Shown here piece after piece: positions 57,514 to 64,000 of a stretch of DNA of 64,000 nucleotides. Positions within the stretch are counted from its first letter, which is position 1. Every line of letters begins with the position of its first letter. The stretch lies in IMG/VR virus record IMGVR_UViG_3300045241_000217, positions 1 through 64,000 of that record. The stretch is one strand, 5' to 3'. The DNA is from a virus. Position numbers and translations under genes: made by a program. The notes beneath the pieces are model-generated. The model was not told where the DNA came from. It did no database searches and was given only the letters and a program-made list of their open reading frames with translations.

Positions 57514-58638
57514 ATGACGATGCTGGTGTTGCCTGAGCAGCTACGCGACCTGCCGCTGATCCTGAGCGTGAGCGGCGGGAAGGACTCGACCGCGATGATG
57601 CTCGCGGTGCGCGAGGCCGGTCTCCCGTTCCGAGCGGTGTTCGCTGACACCGGGTGGGAGGCGCCAGAGACGTACGCGTACCTGGATGTGCTGCGAGCGC
57701 ACATCGGACCGATCGATGTTGTTCGAGCGCTCCCACCCGTGGCTCTCGAACTGTGCATGGAGGTGACACAGTTCAGCGACGGTTCGTTGGTGCACTACGT
57801 TCCGCACGTCGAGACGCCGATCGTTCCAGTGTGCTTCGCCGATCTGTTCCACTGCTCTTCTGCGATGGCTGAACGCATCGCAGTGTATGCGCGGTTCGCC
57901 TCGCGGACGCAGCGCTGGTGCACCCGCGAACTGAAGTTGGAACCGCTTCACGCGTACCACCGCTCGCAGTCAGGCCTTCCACCGTGCGCATTGCCTCGAC
58001 CCAAGAAGCGCGATCCCGAAGCGGACGACGAGGATGCCGAGGAAATCGAGCCTGAGATCGACGCGACGCTCGATCACGCGGTGCACACGGTATCCGTGAC
58101 CGGAGTCCGCCGCGACGAGAGCGAGAAGCGCAAGGACGCGAAGGAGATCGAGGACGACGTTGCGTGGGGCGGATGGGCATGGCGTCCGCTGGTTGCGTGG
58201 GCCGTCGCCGACATCATCGGGCTGCACCATCGCCACGACGTGCCGGTCAACGTGCTCTACCAGCGCGGCCATGATCGAGTCGGATGCTACCCGTGCATCA
58301 ACGCGACGAAGTCCGATCTGACCCTCGTCGCACGCCACGCACCTTGGCGCATCGAGCAACTGCGAGCGTTGGAAGCGCGAGCGACCGAGCTGCGACTCAA
58401 GCGCAATGCGGAGTGGGTCCCCACCGCCAAGAGGCCGCTGCGCTACAAGAACCCCAAGGCCACGTTCTTCCAAGGTCGCGATGCTGGTCTGACGGGTGTT
58501 GCGCCGGGGATCGACGAGGTGGTGTCGTGGGCACGAACCTCTCGCGGCGGGCGACAGTTGCCGCTGCTCGTCGAGCCGCCCGACGGAGGTTGTTTCCGGT
58601 GGGGCTTCTGCGATCCACCGAGCAAGGAGACGCCGTGA
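57514..58638 (+). CDS. phosphoadenosine-phosphosulfate reductase-family protein
   Basis: PP-loop SVSGGKDSTA, FADTGWE, RWCTRELK..P, GVRRDES..R, RPL..W, LYQRG.DRVGCYPC. Confidence 0.88.
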   Translation: MTMLVLPEQLRDLPLILSVSGGKDSTAMMLAVREAGLPFRAVFADTGWEAPETYAYLDVLRAHIGPIDVVRALPPVALELCMEVTQFSDGSLVHYVPHVETPIVPVCFADLFHCSSAMAERIAVYARFASRTQRWCTRELKLEPLHAYHRSQSGLPPCALPRPKKRDPEADDEDAEEIEPEIDATLDHAVHTVSVTGVRRDESEKRKDAKEIEDDVAWGGWAWRPLVAWAVADIIGLHHRHDVPVNVLYQRGHDRVGCYPCINATKSDLTLVARHAPWRIEQLRALEARATELRLKRNAEWVPTAKRPLRYKNPKATFFQGRDAGLTGVAPGIDEVVSWARTSRGGRQLPLLVEPPDGGCFRWGFCDPPSKETP

Positions 58639-58746
58639 CGCCCGAGAACGCCATCGGTTACGCGCTTGCCGCTCTCCTCGCGGCGTGTGCTCTGTGCGTG
58701 GCCCTCGGTGCCACCGCCGAGTTCCTCGAACGCATCGCGCAGTAGC

Positions 58747-59685
58747 TCACCTCTCGGGGAGCTTGGCCGCCACGCCCAGCGGCACCGGTACGAGCGGGTC
58801 GAACGTCGGCGTCATGTTCGTGCCCTCATCGGTGAGCCACATGAGCTTCGCCTTGCTCGACACGGGCAGCGAGATCGATCGCGACTTGATCCCCGCCGGC
58901 GTCTTGCGTCCGCTCATGTCGTCGCGCGTGACGTGCGTCCAGGAGGTCACGAGGTACACGGGATGGAAGTCGTAGTGGACGCTGAGCGAGCTCCCCTCGG
59001 GCACGAACGCGTCGCCGGTGGCCGTCCACTCGATCCAGCCCTCGGGACTGATGGCGAAGTGCGTGCCCTCCTCAAGCACCTCGACGGTGTCCTTGCCGGG
59101 GCAGACGAAGAGCATCTTGGCGACGTGCACGATCCGGAAGCGCGCGCTGTCCACGAGGCGCGCGGCGGGGAGCGTCTGCCGCCGGCCACGTCGGTTTCCC
59201 TTCTTGAGCGTCTCGGTGAAGGGGATCACCGGGTCGATCAGTTCGAGCGAGTCGAGGAAGCCCATGCGGAACTGCGGCTCGACGGTGACCTGCACCTCGC
59301 CGCTCTGCCACAGGCTCATTCGCTCGTAGAGCGTCGTGCGCTTGTCGAACTGCATCATCGTCGCCGAGATCACATGCGGGTCTACGTAGATGAGGCCGCT
59401 GCCACCGCAGTAGGAGCACCCGAGCTTGCTCTGCTCGGTCTCGTCGGTCTGGCGTGGGCAGATCATCGCCTTGCGCCAGATCACGTTCTTGCCGTGCTGG
59501 CGCACGAGCTTGATGAACTCCTCCTCGTGGAAGCTCGCGCGCGTCTTGGTGATCGGGAACTGGTCGCCCTCGGTCGTGAGCTTGCTGCCCACGGTCGGAG
59601 GCACCTCGTTCTGCACCTTGCGCGCGACGTCGAGAGTCGGAGTGGGCGCCTTGATCTTCTTGCGGTCGCCGGGCGGGATGGCCAT
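58747..59685 (-). CDS. head-tail connector / neck protein (putative)
   Basis: F..LV..HG..V.W.KA..CP......CSYCGGSG.IY pattern; position in the module. Confidence 0.65.
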   Translation of the reverse strand: MAIPPGDRKKIKAPTPTLDVARKVQNEVPPTVGSKLTTEGDQFPITKTRASFHEEEFIKLVRQHGKNVIWRKAMICPRQTDETEQSKLGCSYCGGSGLIYVDPHVISATMMQFDKRTTLYERMSLWQSGEVQVTVEPQFRMGFLDSLELIDPVIPFTETLKKGNRRGRRQTLPAARLVDSARFRIVHVAKMLFVCPGKDTVEVLEEGTHFAISPEGWIEWTATGDAFVPEGSSLSVHYDFHPVYLVTSWTHVTRDDMSGRKTPAGIKSRSISLPVSSKAKLMWLTDEGTNMTPTFDPLVPVPLGVAAKLPER

Positions 59686-59694
59686 GCGGCGAGT

Positions 59695-60222
59695 CTACGC
59701 CGAGAGGGCCGCGGCCGGCTCCTCGCGCCATGTGATGCCGCGCGTGATCTGCGAGACGGTCGGCTGAGAGATCTCGAACTCGTCGGCGAGCTCCATCTGG
59801 GTGGCCCCGTCAGCGTACCGAGCGCGAAGTGTGCGCACGCGTTCCCAGGTCATCACGGCGAGGTGCTGGCGCTCGCCGGTCGCGGTGCGACGGGACGCGA
59901 TGCAGTGCTCCATGTTCTGCTTCTGCGTGCCGGCGACGAGATGGCGCGGGTTGCAGCACGGCCGGTTGTTGCACGTGTGCATCACCAGTTTTCGCGCGGG
60001 GACGCGGCCCTTGAAGATCCGGTACGCCGCCACGTGCGCGCCTACGTTCCGCAGTTCTCCGCCAGACCCATCATCCCAAGCGAAACTACCGTAGCCGCGC
60101 TTGCCACCGTTCAGCGGCTCGACATAGCCACGGAACGGCCAGCACGCCGATGCGCCGCCTGAGCGATCGAGCTTCTCGACGAAGCGAGCGCGGTTCGTTC
60201 GTCTGTCTCGGCGTGCGGGCAT
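59695..60222 (-). CDS. HNH homing endonuclease
   Basis: CWPF.G...GYG...AHV.AY...VMHTCNNRPCCNPRHLVAGTQKQN. Confidence 0.9.
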   Translation of the reverse strand: MPARRDRRTNRARFVEKLDRSGGASACWPFRGYVEPLNGGKRGYGSFAWDDGSGGELRNVGAHVAAYRIFKGRVPARKLVMHTCNNRPCCNPRHLVAGTQKQNMEHCIASRRTATGERQHLAVMTWERVRTLRARYADGATQMELADEFEISQPTVSQITRGITWREEPAAALSA

Positions 60223-60249
60223 TTGCGGATACTACAACACGTCCCCCGT

Positions 60250-61356
60250 TCACGCTGCCGTCCCACGGACCCCTTTGAAGTACGCGCGCAGCGACTTGAT
60301 CTTCGCGTGGATCTGATCGCGGTAATCTTTGATTCTCGCGCCGTACCCCGTAAACTCAGGACTGCTCGTCGTATTTACGGATTGGCTGATCCCGTCGAGG
60401 CTCAGGCTCAGGCTCGCGATGCCGGCGCCGCCGAGCATGTCGCCAAAGATGTTGAGCGGGCCCATCGAGGCGCCCATGCCTATCACCTCGATGATGTCGC
60501 GCGGACATTGGCCGCGCCCGAAGCCCGCCGTGTACGTCACGTGGAAGAGTTGCGGCAGCGACTCCATCCCGTAGCCGAGCGCGGGGAGGAAGCTACCGCC
60601 GGCGCCGACGACGAAGTTGCTGATCGTTCCGGCCGTCGCGACGATCTGGAGGTGTCCGTGGGTCTTGTCGAGCCGGAACCACTCAGTCGGGAACGTCACA
60701 ACGGTCTGGCCGCTCGGGTACTGGATCGTGAAGTCGTCCACCGAGATCACGGGGTAGTTGTCGAGTTGGAGGAAGCAGAACTCGTTGTAGTCGTCGCGGT
60801 GGTAGTCGTGGTCCTCGCTGAACTGCGTCGGCAGGATCGCGATGTCCAGATCGGTCTCGAGCCCGCGGATGGCCGCGAGGATGTAGTGCTGGAAGGTCGA
60901 GTCCTTCATCCGCTGGTTCTGATCGTTGGTGAGGTCCACGCCGAAGAAGTAGCGGTCGATCAAGTCCTCTACCGAGAGCAGCCCCCGCAGCGCCAGGCCG
61001 GCACCGACGATGGGCTCGCTCGGCTCGCTGAGCGGGTCCTCGTCGAACTTGGGGTCCGTGTTCATGTAGCGGGTGCGGTAGAGGAAGGCCGCGTCGCCCC
61101 GTCGGTCGATCATCCGGTACGTCTGCTTGTCCGCGGAGAGTGCTGGGCGCTGGTCGGGCGAGGTGATCTCGTGCCAGGTGAGCCCGACGTCGTCCGAGCG
61201 CTCGAGCACGGCGCGGTTGAAGCCCGCCCCGATGACGTCGGCGATGCCGGTGTCCGTGATGTCCACCGTGATCACGGTGCCGATGCGGCCGCTCTCGATG
61301 GCTGGGCTGGTCGCGTTCTCGACGGGGAGGATGAGCTGGTGCCGGTCGTTCGCCAT
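60250..61356 (-). CDS. head completion / adaptor protein (putative)
   Basis: YFFGVDL, LE.DLDI.I.P, YTAGF, GAGIASLSLSLDGISQS..TT. Confidence 0.7.
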   Translation of the reverse strand: MANDRHQLILPVENATSPAIESGRIGTVITVDITDTGIADVIGAGFNRAVLERSDDVGLTWHEITSPDQRPALSADKQTYRMIDRRGDAAFLYRTRYMNTDPKFDEDPLSEPSEPIVGAGLALRGLLSVEDLIDRYFFGVDLTNDQNQRMKDSTFQHYILAAIRGLETDLDIAILPTQFSEDHDYHRDDYNEFCFLQLDNYPVISVDDFTIQYPSGQTVVTFPTEWFRLDKTHGHLQIVATAGTISNFVVGAGGSFLPALGYGMESLPQLFHVTYTAGFGRGQCPRDIIEVIGMGASMGPLNIFGDMLGGAGIASLSLSLDGISQSVNTTSSPEFTGYGARIKDYRDQIHAKIKSLRAYFKGVRGTAA

Positions 61357-61421
61357 GCCCGAGAGTAGCGCGACCGGGGGCGCGTGATATCCCTGGTGGG
61401 CGACACGAGTCGCAGGAACGG

Positions 61422-61613
61422 ATGGGTTCGATGGACGACTGGTTCGACAAGATCGGAGAAGCCGAGGATCGCGGCAACGACTGGACGGTCAGGTGCCGTG
61501 TCGCGTTCGGCGTGAGCAGCGTCGCTCGTTCCGCCGGCAGGTGGGTCACCGGCAAGGGTCGCTCGTTCGGCGAGGCTCTCGCCAACGCGCACGCAGAAGC
61601 GAGGTCGCGGTGA
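61422..61613 (+). CDS. small hypothetical protein
   Basis: ATG immediately after hairpin+AGGA leader. Confidence 0.5.
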   Translation: MGSMDDWFDKIGEAEDRGNDWTVRCRVAFGVSSVARSAGRWVTGKGRSFGEALANAHAEARSR

Positions 61614-61954
61614 GCGACACCGTTCACGCGGGCAAGACCTACCGGCGCCTCATGGCGCGCGTCACCGAGGAGGCTCGGGTCCGGATGGAGGACCACGGGC
61701 TGATCCTCGTGACGCTCGGGTTCCAGCACGAGACGGGCTCGCAAGAGATCGCGCCGTGCTTCTCGCCGAAGCGGCAGAACGAGCTCGCGGCCGCGATGCA
61801 CGTATTCCTCCGGCTCCGCGCGTTCCCGAAGGGGTGGACGGGCTACGTGCTCCAAGAGGACGGTCTGATCCGCGGGCTCGAAGCGCTGGAGCTCGACGGC
61901 AGCAAGATCGTGATGCTCCACGACATGATCCTGGAGTGCGAGGCGTTGCCGTGA
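61610..61954 (+). CDS. hypothetical protein
   Basis: GTG overlapping upstream TGA; protein-like composition. Confidence 0.5.
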   Translation: MSDTVHAGKTYRRLMARVTEEARVRMEDHGLILVTLGFQHETGSQEIAPCFSPKRQNELAAAMHVFLRLRAFPKGWTGYVLQEDGLIRGLEALELDGSKIVMLHDMILECEALP

Positions 61955-62519
61955 CGCACCGAGGCCTGCACCACGCACCACCACCCCCCGCGTTCGAGGC
62001 TGCGATGAACTCGGCGCGAGAGTCCGACGCCACCGCAAAGGAGCACCGGATGCTCGCCGAGCGCGCGACGTTCGCCGCATCCATCCGCTCAACGGGCGGC
62101 GAGTGCCAGTGCGACGAGTACGGGATCTTCCGGCTCACGCTCCGCGACGGGCGCGTCTTCCGCCGCATCGGCATGCACGGGTGGGGTGGGATCTTTCGCC
62201 GACCACGACCGCGCGAACCGATGCGTCGGTCTCGGTCAGCGTGGCCGGGCGAAGGTGCGATCCACTCTTGGGATCGATCGCGATCATCCGGAGCATCACG
62301 ACGACACCGCCACAAGGCTCGCGTAGACGAAGACGCCTTCCACGCGCACGAGTTTGGCGGTGCCCTTGCGGATGAGAGCGCGGACGGCGCGCTTCTGTTC
62401 GGGCTCGCCGAAGTTCGCCGCGATCCCCTGATCCGCTGCGCACCGAAGAACCGCCAACACCTGCTTCGTCATCATCGCCTCTCGTCTCCTGCCCGCTCAG
62501 TGCGGACGAGACGATGCTT

Positions 62520-62535
62520 TGCAGCGTGCATGCCA
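62520..62535 (-). promoter_or_regulatory. sigma54-like promoter
   Basis: Minus strand TGGCATGCACGCTGCA = GG-N10-GC, about 13 nt upstream of a hairpin+AGGA leader. Confidence 0.5.
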
Positions 62536-62792
62536 CCCCAGGATCTTGCGGAGATCTGCGAGAGCACGCGACCGATGCTCGACGGTGGTTCACGCGCCAA
62601 CGCGTCGCGCTGATGCCGCGTTCAGGACGACGTGTCGCAGTGGTCCGAGGTGTAGAGAGAGCGAGCGAAGCACCTTTCGGGTCGGGCAACCGTTTCCGGC
62701 TTCTACGTCCATCAGGACCTAGCCCGCTCCATCGCACGCTCTCTGCACCCCTCGGACGAGGTGTTCGGCCGTGAGGAGGAGAGCCTAGCCGA

Positions 62793-63368
62793 TCACGCGA
62801 CGTCGGACACGGGGATGAGCGGTAGCTGCGCCTTGCTCACGAGCTTGGCCGCGCGCCGCTCGCGCTTCTCCTGCTCTTCGCGCCGGAGGCGCTCACTGAA
62901 CGATTCCCAGATCCCCAGTGTGGGATCGAAGAACGAACCGCACTCGTGGCGCCGGCACGCACTCTGGAGCATGAGGCGCTCGCATCGCATCGCGTGCACG
63001 TCGAGCTCGCGCTCGGGCGCGACCCTCACCACCGCCACGATGTCTCGCGGGTGCGCCTCGAGGAACCCGCACCACTCCGGGATGTCCCGGATGCCGAGCA
63101 GGCCAGCGGGCGCGAGGTAGTAGCGCTGCTCGCCCATGCCGCTGCTCGGGCTGGCCATCCACGGCTTCTTGCGGTCGGCTCGGAAGTCGGCCCGCGAGAC
63201 CTTGGCCTCGATGACGGTCGAGCGCCCCTCGCGCCAGCCGATGACGTCCGGCTGCTCGCCCGCGTTCGTCACCATCTCGGCGAAGACGAGCCCGCACGGT
63301 CCGCCCTGCTCGTACCGGCGCCTGCGGAGCCACCGCACGCCGAGCTGCACGAGGAGCGCGTGGTTCAC
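62793..63368 (-). CDS. PD-(D/E)xK nuclease-like (MmcB-like) protein
   Basis: EQPDVIGW ... IEAKVSRADFRAD.KK ... G..RYYLAP.GL. Confidence 0.75.
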   Translation of the reverse strand: MNHALLVQLGVRWLRRRRYEQGGPCGLVFAEMVTNAGEQPDVIGWREGRSTVIEAKVSRADFRADRKKPWMASPSSGMGEQRYYLAPAGLLGIRDIPEWCGFLEAHPRDIVAVVRVAPERELDVHAMRCERLMLQSACRRHECGSFFDPTLGIWESFSERLRREEQEKRERRAAKLVSKAQLPLIPVSDVA

Positions 63369-63817
63369 GGATGAAGATCTCCGCGGGACCACGGGTTGTC
63401 CTCCGTCGAGAACTGCTTGCGACCACGGCCCTTCTTGATCATGTCTCGCGAGTTGTCAGCAGCCGTTCCCGCGAACAGGTGATCCGGGTTGCAGCACGGC
63501 GGGTTGTCGCACTTGTGCAGGACGAAGGGCTTGTCCGCTGGGACGCGGCCATGGACGAGGATCCACGCGAGACGATGCGCCTGCTGCAAGCGTCGGCCGT
63601 CCCAGGCGCGACCGTACTCGTGTCCAACGCGTGGGTCGCGATCGCCGGTCCACAGCCAGCACGGCGTTCCCAGCGTCGAATGGTTCGGCCCGCCCTTGTC
63701 GACCTTCGACCAGAAACGCTCCGCCGTCGTGAGTCTCGACGTCCGGCCGACGCACGGATGACATCTAACTCCCCAGCACGGGGTAGCGCACGAAACGCAC
63801 GGTGACAGCTTCGCCAT
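63365..63817 (-). CDS. HNH homing endonuclease
   Basis: RFWSKVDK...CWLWTG...YG...AHRLAW...VLHKCDNPPCCNPDHLFAGT..DNSRDM. Confidence 0.9.
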   Translation of the reverse strand: MAKLSPCVSCATPCWGVRCHPCVGRTSRLTTAERFWSKVDKGGPNHSTLGTPCWLWTGDRDPRVGHEYGRAWDGRRLQQAHRLAWILVHGRVPADKPFVLHKCDNPPCCNPDHLFAGTAADNSRDMIKKGRGRKQFSTEDNPWSRGDLHP

Positions 63818-64000
63818 CTACGCGACCTGATGCGTTCGGAGTCGTTCCGCGAAATCGGCCAGAACCGGCTCCATCGCGGGCGTGAGAAAGTTGTTCGCCC
63901 AGCCGATCATCGCGTGCACGGGCTCCCCCTCGTTGATGAACTCGGCCAGGTGCGCGGTGAGCTCCCCGGTCGTCTTGCTGCGGAACCCGCCCGCGCCGTC

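Noticed and set aside
1-64000. Reverse transcriptase/DGR, integrase, transposase or rRNA
   Set aside because: No supporting motifs seen in the ORF track or sequence
63818-64000. Partial minus-strand CDS at the window edge
   Set aside because: Only about 60 C-terminal codons visible; no product can be supported

Overview
A 64-kb fragment of a high-GC (roughly 70% by eye) tailed phage genome with a contractile tail. No integrase, capsid, portal or large terminase is visible in the window. Positions 0.3-31.7 kb are a tightly packed minus-strand block of non-structural genes: DnaB helicase, AAA_24/Sak4-like ATPase, RuvC-like resolvase, RecR, a LexA DNA-binding domain, two DNA methyltransferases, a HerA-like ATPase, DUF550, DUF1643, DUF5131 and many small ORFs. 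Positions 32-61.4 kb are a minus-strand neck/tail/baseplate module interrupted by HNH endonucleases and plus-strand inserts. The most notable element is a plus-strand cassette between the tail chaperone and tape-measure genes. It has a standalone RAMP/Cas7-like gene (47108-47734) followed by three non-coding arrays of 5-nt units (N-G-Y-N-N). Each array ends in CAAGG(R)GCCC, and the arrays are separated by tRNA-like acceptor/T-arm structures. This is a candidate RNA-guided system without CRISPR repeats. Other findings: a ~500-nt highly paired intergenic RNA candidate (41.5-42.0 kb), a dispersed covarying hairpin+AGGA leader motif (14 copies read), a two-frame C5-methyltransferase, sigma54-like promoters, apparently leaderless late genes and a candidate +1 frameshift in the tail chaperone. 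All protein calls are by motif recognition only; no searches were run.
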